Shown piece by piece: positions 49,375 through 59,334 of a DNA stretch of 64,000 nucleotides (within the stretch, counting starts at the first letter, position 1; every line of letters starts with the position of its first letter). The stretch lies in assembly GCA_963812605.1 (NCBI GenBank), contig CAWEWF010000004.1, forward strand, positions 320,001-384,000, read 5' to 3'. The position numbers and the translations under genes are program-made. The notes beneath the pieces were generated by a model. The model did no database searches and was not told the origin of the DNA. It saw only the letters and a list, made by a program, of their open reading frames with translations. This DNA comes from an uncultured Verrucomicrobiae bacterium. GTDB taxonomy: Bacteria > Verrucomicrobiota > Verrucomicrobiia > Palsa-1439.

Positions 49375-52284
49375 ATGGTGAAGCCAGTTTTATTCTTCGG
49401 GATGGTTTTTTCCATCCTCGCTCTCGCATTCGCAGCCCCTGCCCAAGTGACGGAAAGGCAGGTTTTGCGGGGTCATGTGCCAAGGGCCGTTGCGGAGTTC
49501 AACTTGCAGCCGGTGGAGAAGCTTGCGAGTTCAACGAACCTGAATTTAGTGATCGGACTGCCGTTGCGCAATCAAGGCGCACTGACGAATCTGTTGCAAC
49601 AGCAATACACGCCAACAAGCTCCCAGTACCATCACTGGCTGACCCCAAAGGAATTCACGGCCAAGTTCGGACCGACGGAGGAGGATTACCAGGCAGTCAT
49701 CGCGTTTGCCAAGGCGAACGGGTTCACCATTACCGCAACACACCGCAATCGTACCCTGGTGGATGTGCGCGGCTCCGTGGCGGACATCGAGAGGACGTTC
49801 CGGGTGACACTGCGCACGTATCAACACCCGACGCAAGCCCGCAAGTTCTACGCGCCAGACGTTGAGCCGTCTGTCGACCTGACGGCCCCGGTATTGCACG
49901 TCGCCGGCTTGAACAATTACAAATTGCCGCATCCCTTAAGTGTCCGGGCGACTCCGGAAAGCAAGGTGGCGCCCGCCTCCGGTTCGGGGCCATCGGGCAG
50001 CTATATGGGGAACGATTTCAGGTCCGCTTATGCGCCGGGGGTTGCGCTCGATGGTTCCGGGCAAATGGTCGGCTTGGTGGAGCTGGATGGCTATGACGCC
50101 AGCGATATCACCAGTTACGAGAATCAAGGCGGCTTGCCGCATGTGCCGTTGAAGAATGTCTTGTTGGGCGGGTTCAGCGGAACCCCCACGGCCGATGCCG
50201 ACCAGGTGCAGGAAGTGTCCCTGGACATCGAGATGGCGGTTTCCATGGCACCGGGGCTGTCCCAGGTCATCGTCTATGAGGCCCCGAATGATTCAGCATT
50301 TACTGGTGATGTTTTGAACCAAATCGCGATGGACAACCTGGCCAAGCAAATCAGCTGTTCCTGGGAAATCGGCGACGACCCGACTTTTGACCAGATCTAT
50401 CAACAATATGCCGCGCAGGGCCAGTCGTTCTTCCAGGCCTCCGGGGACAACGGAGCGTTTACCTCACTTTGGTTCGGTCAGCAGCAAGCGGACAGCCCCT
50501 ATATCACCCTGGTTGGCGGAACGACCTTGACAACCGGGCCAGCAGGAAGCTGGCAGTCTGAAACTGTTTGGAACTGGAACGTAGGCACCGGAGTGGACGC
50601 GACGGACGGCGCCAGTGGCGGCGGGATCAGCGTCAATTACCCTATCCCGACTTGGCAACAGGGGATCGCCACGGGCTCAAACCAGGGATCGTCGTCCTCG
50701 CGAAACGTTCCGGACGTTGCCATGGTGGCAGACAGCGTGTACGTCATCTCCGACAACGGTAACGTAGCAACAGATATCGGCGGCACCAGTTGCGCCGCGC
50801 CGCTTTGGGCCGGCTTTACGGCGCTGGTCAACCAACAAGGCGAAGCCGGCGGTCTACCTACAGTCGGCTTTATCAACCCCGCGATTTATGCGATCGGCGA
50901 GGGGGTAACCTATGCCAGTTGTTTCCACGATATCACCAGCGGCAACAACGAAACCCATTTCAGTCCCTCCCAGTTTTCCGCCGCTTCCGGTTACGATCTC
51001 TGCACCGGCTGGGGCACGCCCAATGGCAGCGGCTTGATCAACGCCCTCACCCGCTCTGCGTGCACGAACGAGATCACGACAACCCCCGCGCCATCGGGCG
51101 GTGGCAGCACGAGCGGCGGCGGCACCGTGATCTGCGGATCGAGCGTCATTGTGATTGCGACGCCGAGTCCCTGTTATGCCTTCGTCAATTGGACCGAAAG
51201 CGGCGTTTCCGTGAGCACATCGCCGAACTATACGTTCACTGCGGCCAGCGATAGGACGCTGGTGGCCAACTTCACGCCCGTTACCACGGTACTGATCAAC
51301 TCGGACAGTTCACCTCCTGCTGGAGGGACCACCAGCGGCGGCGGCTCCGTAACTTGCGGGTCGAGCGTAATGCTCTCAGCCACTTCCTCCGCGGACTACA
51401 GTTTTGTAGATTGGACAGAAGGCGGGGTGGAGGTCAGCACCTCGCCGGATTACACGTTCACCGCGGCGGCTGACAGCACGCTGGTGGCCAACTTCACCTG
51501 TACCACCGCAATCCTGTCGACAAACGCATCTTACGACGGGACTGGCGGCCAGGGGACTGTCAATGTTTCAGCGGCATCTGATTGTGATTGGACAGCGAGC
51601 AGCCATGCATTTTGGATTACGATCACGTCGGGCATCAGCGGTTCCGGCACCGGGACGGTCAGCTACACGGTTGCTGCCAACATGAGAATCAGCGGGCGCA
51701 CCGGCACCATGATGATCGGAGGGCAAACGTTTACGGTCGACCAGGGTCCGCGCGTAAACTGCATCTTCGGTTTGAAAGGGTCGAGTATCACACTCCCGGC
51801 GAAAGGCGGCTCCAAGACGGTGAAGGTGGAGGCGTTTGGCACCACTTGCAATTGGACCGCTGTCAGCAATGATCCGTTTATCACGATCACCGAGGGCGCC
51901 ACCGGCACGGGTAATGGGACGGTTGGTTTCACCGTCCCCGGCAATACCAATACCGCGCCCTTGACCGGCACGATAACGATTGCTGACCAGACGTTCACGG
52001 TCAACCAGGCCGCGGGAGGATGCGCTTTCTCGCTGAGTCCGAAGGGCGCCAAATACAAGGCTACCGGCGGTTCCAAGGCGATCAAGGTAAAGCCCAAGCT
52101 GAACGATTGCGTTTGGACGGCAATCAGCAACGATCCGTTTATCACGCTCACCGGAGCTACCAGTGGCGTCGGGGCAGGAACGGTCAGTTACAGTGTCGCG
52201 GAGAACACGAATAGCACGCCGCTCACCGGCTCGATCACCATTGCCGGCGAAACCTTCACGATAACCGAGTCGGGCGCACCGTAG
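49375..52284 (+). CDS. S53 sedolisin/kumamolisin-like protease with pro-domain, 2 InlB-B-like repeats and 3 BACON-like domains
   Basis: Pro-domain YHHWLTPKEFTAKFGP. Catalytic motifs EVSLDIE, ASGDNG, GGTSCAAP and YDLCTGWGTP. C-terminal FVNWTE..YTF..RTLVANF twice and C.WTA.S...ITIT.G.SG.G.GTV three times. Confidence 0.9.
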   Translation: MVKPVLFFGMVFSILALAFAAPAQVTERQVLRGHVPRAVAEFNLQPVEKLASSTNLNLVIGLPLRNQGALTNLLQQQYTPTSSQYHHWLTPKEFTAKFGPTEEDYQAVIAFAKANGFTITATHRNRTLVDVRGSVADIERTFRVTLRTYQHPTQARKFYAPDVEPSVDLTAPVLHVAGLNNYKLPHPLSVRATPESKVAPASGSGPSGSYMGNDFRSAYAPGVALDGSGQMVGLVELDGYDASDITSYENQGGLPHVPLKNVLLGGFSGTPTADADQVQEVSLDIEMAVSMAPGLSQVIVYEAPNDSAFTGDVLNQIAMDNLAKQISCSWEIGDDPTFDQIYQQYAAQGQSFFQASGDNGAFTSLWFGQQQADSPYITLVGGTTLTTGPAGSWQSETVWNWNVGTGVDATDGASGGGISVNYPIPTWQQGIATGSNQGSSSSRNVPDVAMVADSVYVISDNGNVATDIGGTSCAAPLWAGFTALVNQQGEAGGLPTVGFINPAIYAIGEGVTYASCFHDITSGNNETHFSPSQFSAASGYDLCTGWGTPNGSGLINALTRSACTNEITTTPAPSGGGSTSGGGTVICGSSVIVIATPSPCYAFVNWTESGVSVSTSPNYTFTAASDRTLVANFTPVTTVLINSDSSPPAGGTTSGGGSVTCGSSVMLSATSSADYSFVDWTEGGVEVSTSPDYTFTAAADSTLVANFTCTTAILSTNASYDGTGGQGTVNVSAASDCDWTASSHAFWITITSGISGSGTGTVSYTVAANMRISGRTGTMMIGGQTFTVDQGPRVNCIFGLKGSSITLPAKGGSKTVKVEAFGTTCNWTAVSNDPFITITEGATGTGNGTVGFTVPGNTNTAPLTGTITIADQTFTVNQAAGGCAFSLSPKGAKYKATGGSKAIKVKPKLNDCVWTAISNDPFITLTGATSGVGAGTVSYSVAENTNSTPLTGSITIAGETFTITESGAP

Positions 52285-52310
52285 GCCGGACAGAAGACCT
52301 CCCCTGCCGG

Positions 52311-53165
52311 TTAAATCACGTCCGCGAAAGCGGCTTTGGTGCGCATGAAGAAGGCGTAGCCGAGCGTCATGGCGACGAAACAGGCGAGCAGCACAATCAG
52401 ATAGCGGTCCCACACCGGCGCGATGCCCCAGAGCACGGCGTTGCGCGCCTGGTCAATCACCAGCGCGAGGGGGTTATACCGCACTATCGGCAACAAGTTG
52501 GGCGGAACCTTGCTGATCGAATAAAAGATCGCGCTGGCGTACATGATAATGACCATTATTACCGGCACGGCGGCATTGATGTCGCGCACGAACACGCCGA
52601 GGCTGGCCAGAAACCACGACAGGCCAAGACACAACAAGATCAGCGGCAACAGAATCAATGGCAGATAAAGCGCCGTAAGCGGAATCGAACCATGCGCCAC
52701 CCACAAGCCGATGAATAGCGGCAACAAACTGATGAGCAGATGCGTGAACGCGGCGGCAATGGCGGACACGGAGAGAATTTCCAGCGGAAACACCACCTTG
52801 GTAACGTAATTGGAATTCGACAGGACCAGCGTCGGCGCGCGGCTGAGGCATTCGGCAAAAAAATCGAACAGCACCAGCCCGCAGAACAGCGCGAGCGTGA
52901 AATCCAGTTTGCTTTCGTTGGGATGGTTGCCCAGCTTCGACTCGAAAATGTAGCCGAAGACGACGGTATACACGGCCAGCATGAACAGCGGCCGCAATAG
53001 CGACCAAAAGATACCGAGAAACGATCCGCGATAGCGGGAGAGCACATCGCGCCTGGTGAGCTGCCGGATCAGGTCGCCGCGCTGCCGCAACTGGCGGATG
53101 ATTTGCCACGGCAGCAGCAACTGCAGCCAAGGAATTTTCTTGTTGGCGGAATAGGTCGCGTGCAA
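52311..53165 (-). CDS. wzm: Polysaccharide ABC transporter permease
   Basis: RDVLSRYRGSFLGIFWSLLRPL, NYVTKVVFPLE, YASAIFY, NPLA, FADVI. Confidence 0.92.
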   Translation of the reverse strand: MHATYSANKKIPWLQLLLPWQIIRQLRQRGDLIRQLTRRDVLSRYRGSFLGIFWSLLRPLFMLAVYTVVFGYIFESKLGNHPNESKLDFTLALFCGLVLFDFFAECLSRAPTLVLSNSNYVTKVVFPLEILSVSAIAAAFTHLLISLLPLFIGLWVAHGSIPLTALYLPLILLPLILLCLGLSWFLASLGVFVRDINAAVPVIMVIIMYASAIFYSISKVPPNLLPIVRYNPLALVIDQARNAVLWGIAPVWDRYLIVLLACFVAMTLGYAFFMRTKAAFADVI

Positions 53166-53252
53166 GATTAGCCAATAGACCAGTCAATTTTTCGGGGGAA
53201 TGCAAGCTGGAAATTGTCCCGCTGTCAGGTCGCGTGGCGGGAATAAATATTC

Positions 53253-54647
53253 ATGAGCGCCGAAGTCGCCATCCGGGTCGAAAACGTATCCAAGAGCTAC
53301 GCCATCTGGTCGTCACCGGCGGCGCGGCTCCATGGGCCCGTCCTCGGCCAACTCGGGCAGATTCCCTTCCTGCCGGCTCGCGCGCGCGATTTTTGCAAAC
53401 GAGTTTCGCATGAGTCGTTCAAGAACTTCTTCGCGCTGCAGGACGTGTCCTTTGAAGTGCGCAAAGGGGAGAGCATCGGAATTCTGGGCCGCAATGGCGC
53501 GGGCAAATCGACGCTGCTGCAAATCGTCGTGGGCACCCTGCAACCGACCACTGGCTCGGTCACGGTCGACGGCCGGGTCGCGGCGCTGCTGGAATTGGGA
53601 TCGGGCTTCAACCCCGAATTCACCGGCCGCGAAAATGTTTACCTTAACGCGACCATCCTGGGATTGACCAAGGCCGAGATCGACGAGAAGTTTGACGATA
53701 TCGCCGCGTTCGCGGACATCGGCGAGTTTATCGAACAACCGGTAAAGACCTACAGCAGCGGCATGCTCGTGCGGCTGGCGTTCGCGGTGCAGGTGCAGAT
53801 CCAGCCGGACATCCTGATTGTGGACGAAGCCCTGGCGGTCGGTGATTCGCTGTTTCAGAAGCGCTGCTTCCAACAGATGGAAAAGCTCATCGCCAACGGC
53901 ACGACCTTGATGTTTGTCTCCCACGATCAGGAAGCGGTCCGCACGCTCACGAGTCGGGCAATCCTCTTGAAGGAAGGCCGCATGAAATCCCACGGTAACT
54001 CCGCGGAAGTGATCCTCGATTACCGCCGGCTCCTGCACGAGGAGGAAAAGGCGTATTTCAATCACGTTACGGAACACCTGAAAGCGAAGGCGGACGCGCG
54101 GAAAGTCGTCACTGCGACCGGTGCACGCAGTGACGCACTCTCGTTCGGCGATCTGGATGGAGAGGTCGTGGACGTTAAAGTCCTCGATGCCAATGACGAG
54201 GCAGTCTCGCTCCTGTATCCGCGCGATCTCCTGCGAATTCTCATCGTGTGCAAGGTCCACAAGCCCCTGACCCACCTGAACGTGGGCGTGCGCCTCCGCA
54301 ACAAGGAAGGAATCAAGATTTATTCCTGGGGAACGTTGAACCAGGACATTGCGATCTGGGCCGGACTGACGACGGGAGAAGTGTTTTGGGACCGGCACTT
54401 CGACGCGGGCGAAGAAATCCGCGTCGTCCTCGAAGGCGCCTGCACGCTGGCGCCGAATCTGTATGAAATCCAGGCCCACATCAGCGAAGAGAACGACCGT
54501 TACTACGGGTCGCAGCGCATCCTCCAGTGGCGCGACGAGGCGGCGTTTTTCCAGGTCAACATGCGTTACCGCGAATACTTTTTTGGCGGAATCTGCGATT
54601 TGCAAATGAAGGCCATTACCGATGCATCCATCTCCGGAAAAGTCTAA
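53253..54647 (+). CDS. wzt: Polysaccharide ABC transporter ATPase with C-terminal Wzt_C carbohydrate-binding domain
   Basis: [47 protein letters not shown]; C-terminal extension of about 170 aa. Confidence 0.92.
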   Translation: MSAEVAIRVENVSKSYAIWSSPAARLHGPVLGQLGQIPFLPARARDFCKRVSHESFKNFFALQDVSFEVRKGESIGILGRNGAGKSTLLQIVVGTLQPTTGSVTVDGRVAALLELGSGFNPEFTGRENVYLNATILGLTKAEIDEKFDDIAAFADIGEFIEQPVKTYSSGMLVRLAFAVQVQIQPDILIVDEALAVGDSLFQKRCFQQMEKLIANGTTLMFVSHDQEAVRTLTSRAILLKEGRMKSHGNSAEVILDYRRLLHEEEKAYFNHVTEHLKAKADARKVVTATGARSDALSFGDLDGEVVDVKVLDANDEAVSLLYPRDLLRILIVCKVHKPLTHLNVGVRLRNKEGIKIYSWGTLNQDIAIWAGLTTGEVFWDRHFDAGEEIRVVLEGACTLAPNLYEIQAHISEENDRYYGSQRILQWRDEAAFFQVNMRYREYFFGGICDLQMKAITDASISGKV

Positions 54648-57394
54648 CCTGACCAGGCGGCAGGCCGATGATCTGGTTTCGCAGTCCTTTTCCGATACCC
54701 AACCGATCATCGAACAGGTGCTGGCCACGTGCGGCCTCGGCAAGATGCTCGATGTTGGTTGCGGCACGGGTTCGCTGGTGCGCCGTCTTCTCGAGCACGG
54801 CGTGGATGCTTACGGAGTGGATGCGGAGGAGGCGGCCGTTGCCCGGGCCAATGGAGGGGTGGCTGGCCGCTACCGGGTCGGATCGGTGCTGCACTTGCCG
54901 TATGAACCGGAGTCGTTCGATACGATCATTAGCATTGCCTGCCTGGAGCATCTTGCCGAGGCGGACATTGCGCCAGCAGCGTCGGAGTTGTACCGTGTCA
55001 CCAAACGCTTTTTATATCTTCAGTTGACGGCACACGATCGAGCCTGGTGGGAAAACCACTTCTTTGCGGCGGGTTTTCGGCGACACCCACTTCTCCTGAT
55101 GGCCGTGGGACTTCAATCGCTGAACACGAAAGCCGGGCCAATCACACTGCTGTTTGAGAAGATTCCCCAAGCGGCCTTGCAGAAATACCCACTTGCCGCT
55201 CTCCAGACCGAAGGCAACTCGCCGATGGACGCGCTACGGCGGTCCGATCCTCGTTCCCACGCAGCGATTGCGCGCTACAGCCTCGCGAAGGATTACATCC
55301 GCCCGAATGATGTGGTCCTCGATCTTGACTGCGGGTTCGGCTACGGCTCGGCGATCTTGTGGGACGGGTCGGAAGCGGCCAGGGTGATTGGCTTCGACCC
55401 GGGCCTGTCCGCCGTCGAATACGCGCAGGCAAATTTCTGCCCGCAACGACCAACGCTTGAATTCCGTCACGGCGACGCCGGCCAGTTGTCCGATTTCGCC
55501 GATGAGTCGGCGGACCTTGCCGTTTGCCTGGGAACGATCGAGAACCTGAAGGAAATCCGCCGCCTGCTCAAGCCGGGTGGTCGTTTGATCTGTTCCGCCT
55601 CGAAGGCGCAGTTTGATCTGCCCAAACTAACAGCGTTCGTCGGTAAACACCTATTGGTCGAACAGATCTTTGCGCAGATCGGCCAGCGCCTCGTCGAGGT
55701 CACGGCCAGCGCTCCTTTGCCCGATTCGGGAGGCGAGCAATGGCTGTTGATCGCGATGAAGGATCCCGTCGCAGGCCACAAGGCAAATTACGTGGAAACG
55801 GCTTTCCCGAGCGGCTTGAAACAGGAACTTAACATCACGGCTTTCGCGCGCGATTACCGCAACCCCTGGCTGGTGCGGTCGATGGTGACCATAGGGCAAC
55901 GTTGCCGTTCGGCAGTATTGTTGCGGGACATCGCCCGCCGCGTGCTGGAAAGCGCGCCTTTCAGTTCGGCCGACGCCGGCGCTGCCCTGTGCGTTTCCGG
56001 TTACCTGCAACTTGAATCGCAGACCCCCGACGCGCAGGAGCGTGAACGGCTGGTCGACCAACTTCGCCGCTATGCCGATTCGAATGGGAAGACCGCCCAC
56101 GCCGCGCGTTGGAGAATTTCCAATCGGTACCTGCTTGCGAAACTGCTCCTGAGCGCTGGACACATTGCCCAAGCGCGCGAAGAATTCTGGAAATGCGCCC
56201 AGATGGACTGCCTCGTTTTCAGTCCCCTGCTGGCGACAAAGACTGTCGACGCCGCATTTTGGGCGGGTTGGCTGTCCTCGCTCCAAGAACAACCGGATGA
56301 GGCGCGGATTGCCTGGCAGCAGGGCCTGAACGAAGCGCGCCGCGTGCTAAGCGGCAGTTGGGAAGAGATCGTGGGAAATCCCGACCGACCCGTCCTGTTT
56401 GGACTCCGCGAAGCGACCCTCGTGATGGATGCCGCGACGCATTGCGCGAACGGACTTTATGCGCTGGAAAACCTGCCCCAGCGCCCCGGCTGATTCGGCG
56501 TCGCAGGTGCTTTACTCTTTGTCGAGCGAACTGAAGCGGCAGCAAGCGATTGGCTCGCAGATCAGGTCGTGGATTGGCGATCTCGAGCAGGCCCGCGACT
56601 GGCTGGAAAAGCAGCGAGTCAACTGGCAACAGGCAGCCCAGGAACAGGAAAAAATCGTCCGCGACCAGGGTACGCAGGCGAAGTCCCTGGAAGAAGCCAT
56701 GCGCTGGCTCGAACAGCAACGCGCCGAATGGCAACGGGTCGCGGAGAACCGCGACAAACTGCTTAAAGAGCAAACGGCCTGGATCGAGAAGCGCGATCAG
56801 GCCGTGCGCTGGCTCGAACAACAACGCTCTGAATGGCAGCGCGTCGCGGAGAGCAATGACAAATTGCTCAAGGAACAAGCCGCTTGGATCGAGAAGCGCG
56901 ATCAGGCCGTGCGCTGGCTCGAACAACAGCGCACTGAATGGCAGCGCGTCGCGGAGAGCAATGACAAATTGCTCAAGGAACAAGCCGCTTGGATCGAGAA
57001 TCGCGATCAGGCCGTGCGCTGGCTCGAACAGCAACGCTCTGAATGGCAACGGGCCGCGGAGAACCGCGACAAATTGCTCCAAGAGCAAACGGCCTGGATT
57101 GAGAACCGCAACCAGGGCATGCGCTGGCTTGAACAACAGCGGGCCGATTGGCAGCGCGTCGCGGAAAGCCGCGACAAATTGCTGAAAGAACAAGCGGCTT
57201 GGATCGAGAATCGCAACCAGGGTGTACGCTGGCTGGAACAGCAACGTGCCGAATGGGAGAGACTGGCCACGGATCGCAATTTGACGATCCAGGAGCAAGA
57301 GAAAACATTGGCGGAATTGCGCGAGAAGACCGTCCTCTTGGAGCAGCAACTTGCCGTGCATCCGTTGAAACGCTGGCTCAGGCGGTGGCGTTGA
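54622..57394 (+). CDS. Tandem SAM methyltransferase domains plus helical region plus long repeat coiled coil (single frameshift near 56490)
   Basis: LDVGCGTG and LDLDCGFGYG in ORF 54622-56493. ORF 56429-57394 continues in the +1 frame without a convincing start of its own and ends in HPLKRWLRRWR. Confidence 0.75.
56596..57330 (+). repeat. 105-bp (35-aa) intragenic tandem repeat, about 6-7 units
   Basis: cgctggct(c/t/g)gaaca units start at 56701, 56806, 56911, 57016, 57121 and 57226, with a degenerate copy at 56596. Confidence 0.95.
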
Positions 57395-57447
57395 AGCCGG
57401 ATCGACCCAACAACCCGAATGCGTGAGGCACCGAAGAGAAACCAACG

Positions 57448-58488
57448 ATGCATGTGAGCATGCGGTCCATTCTGAATCTGTGGTTGTTGCCCCGAGAGGC
57501 GCGATCGCGCGTGGCGGTCCTCATCGATACCCACACCGGCGTGACCTCCGCCGAATACCTGGAGTTCCTCCATCCCTGGCGCTCGTGGTTGAACCTGGAA
57601 GCCGTGCTGGCCCTCAGCAAGCCTTTGGAGCCAGATGGTTTGAAGGGCTCGATGTCGCCCACCTGTCAGGCGGTCGTCATCGTGTCGGAGAGAGACGATT
57701 TTGTCAACGCAGCGCAACGAGAATGCCGGACACTCCATCTCCCTTCGGTGACCAGTGCCTACCCGTCGCAAGGCACACGGGCCGCTGCAATGCAGGCGGA
57801 GGTCGCCCATCACGACTACGAAACGGGAGGCCTCAATGAATGGGATGGCACTCCCGCGCAGTTCTCACCGTTTGTCCTCCAACACCTGAGCCCGGTTCAT
57901 TGCGTCCGGCTTTTTCCCAGTTATGCGCTGCCATATATCCGCCGGTTGCTTCAGGAACAGCGTGGAAACCCGCTGCTGGCGATCGATATCGGTTGCGGTC
58001 CGATCTCACGTCTGCGGTGGGGAGCGCTGCAGGGACTACTGACGATCACGGGTGTTGATCCGCTTTTGGAGATGTATCAAATCATCCTGCAGCGTCATGG
58101 AATCGCGGGGTTGCCGAAAATTTCCTGCGACCGGGAACTGTCCATCCTGGCGGAGGAACTGACCAAGTTCATGGCGCCGGGCGCGGTTGATTTTGTCTTT
58201 ACCAACAATGCCCTGGACCACGTCGAGGATCCGCGCATCGTGGTCGAGCAAGTCGCGACCTGTCTCCGGGCGGGAGGCGTATTTGCCCTCGCGTGTAATA
58301 CCCGCGAAGGCACCGCCCAAAAATGGTCGCAGATGCACCAATTCGACATCTACCTTGACAAGAGCGGGCAACTCGTTTGCGAAACCCAGCAAGGGAAAGT
58401 GCGCTCCCTGATCCCACCGACACTGGCCCTGCGACAGGTTGTGGCCAACACGGGGACAGCAACGGTTGTCATCCTGGAACGGCAATGA
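57448..58488 (+). CDS. Class I SAM-dependent methyltransferase
   Basis: AIDIGCGP, ITGVDPL, DFVFTNNALDHVEDP, LRAGG. Confidence 0.85.
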   Translation: MHVSMRSILNLWLLPREARSRVAVLIDTHTGVTSAEYLEFLHPWRSWLNLEAVLALSKPLEPDGLKGSMSPTCQAVVIVSERDDFVNAAQRECRTLHLPSVTSAYPSQGTRAAAMQAEVAHHDYETGGLNEWDGTPAQFSPFVLQHLSPVHCVRLFPSYALPYIRRLLQEQRGNPLLAIDIGCGPISRLRWGALQGLLTITGVDPLLEMYQIILQRHGIAGLPKISCDRELSILAEELTKFMAPGAVDFVFTNNALDHVEDPRIVVEQVATCLRAGGVFALACNTREGTAQKWSQMHQFDIYLDKSGQLVCETQQGKVRSLIPPTLALRQVVANTGTATVVILERQ

Positions 58489-58638
58489 GACCGGGCATAG
58501 ATGGCGAAGGCAAGGCGCTATTCACGCTCCACCGCCAGGCCACGGCGGCCTTGTGTCTGGGGCGCGATCTGTTACAGTTGCGCGAGCGCAGAAACATCGT
58601 TTTGAGAACATTGGTTGCCGACATGAAGAGGCGAAGCC

Positions 58639-59328
58639 ATGCAGCATTTTTCTGATTTACGCGATGAGTACATCGCCAGGGTTGTCTCCGGTAAGACCTT
58701 TGCGGAAGTCGGCGGACTTTGGGGCACCATCAACGAGAAAGTGTCGGTGGCGCACCAGAACGGCGCCACCTCGCTGACCATGATCGATATTCAACCGGAA
58801 GGCGGCGAATTGTGGCAAAAGTTTCACGAGCGAGCAGCGGATTTGGGAATTACGAAGAATATCCAATGTCTGAGCCGGGATATCTGCCAGGTGGCTGAAC
58901 GCGACGGAGTCGGCCCCTTTGATGTGGTGCATTGCTCGGGCGTACTCTATCACCATCCGAATCCCATGCACATGCTGGCGGTATTGCGCGGCATCACGCG
59001 CGAATACCTCGTGTTGACCTCGGCCATCACGCAAACCTTGATCGAGAACGAGCAAGGGCGCTACGAAATCCCGTCTTCCGGCGTGCTTTTCGTCCCGGCA
59101 CTCACCGATCACGAACGCTCGATCATGAAAACCTACTGGGAAAGCCAGGGGGCCAAGGGCCAGGGACTTACCGAGAAGTGCGCCTACGACATGGCCGACA
59201 CGGCGCCGTGGTGGTGGCTGCCAACTTCAACCGCCCTGACGGCAATGTGTGAAGCCGCCGGCTTCAAGGTGCGCGCCGCCGCCCCAACGTGGAACGGCAA
59301 CTCCTACACGCTCTTGTTGGCGGCCTAG
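58639..59328 (+). CDS. SAM-dependent methyltransferase-like protein
   Basis: KTFAEVGGLWG, FDVVHCSGVLYHHPNP, WWWLPT. Confidence 0.8.
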   Translation: MQHFSDLRDEYIARVVSGKTFAEVGGLWGTINEKVSVAHQNGATSLTMIDIQPEGGELWQKFHERAADLGITKNIQCLSRDICQVAERDGVGPFDVVHCSGVLYHHPNPMHMLAVLRGITREYLVLTSAITQTLIENEQGRYEIPSSGVLFVPALTDHERSIMKTYWESQGAKGQGLTEKCAYDMADTAPWWWLPTSTALTAMCEAAGFKVRAAAPTWNGNSYTLLLAA

Positions 59329-59334
59329 AGATCC

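Noticed and set aside
56480-56500. Programmed +1 frameshift at CCC GGC TGA
   Set aside because: No recognised slippery site, and the window contains many apparent indel errors, so a single-base artefact is more parsimonious.
56596-57330. Regularly spaced repeats as a possible CRISPR array
   Set aside because: The whole 105-bp unit repeats with no unique spacers, it is in-frame coding sequence, and no cas genes are present.
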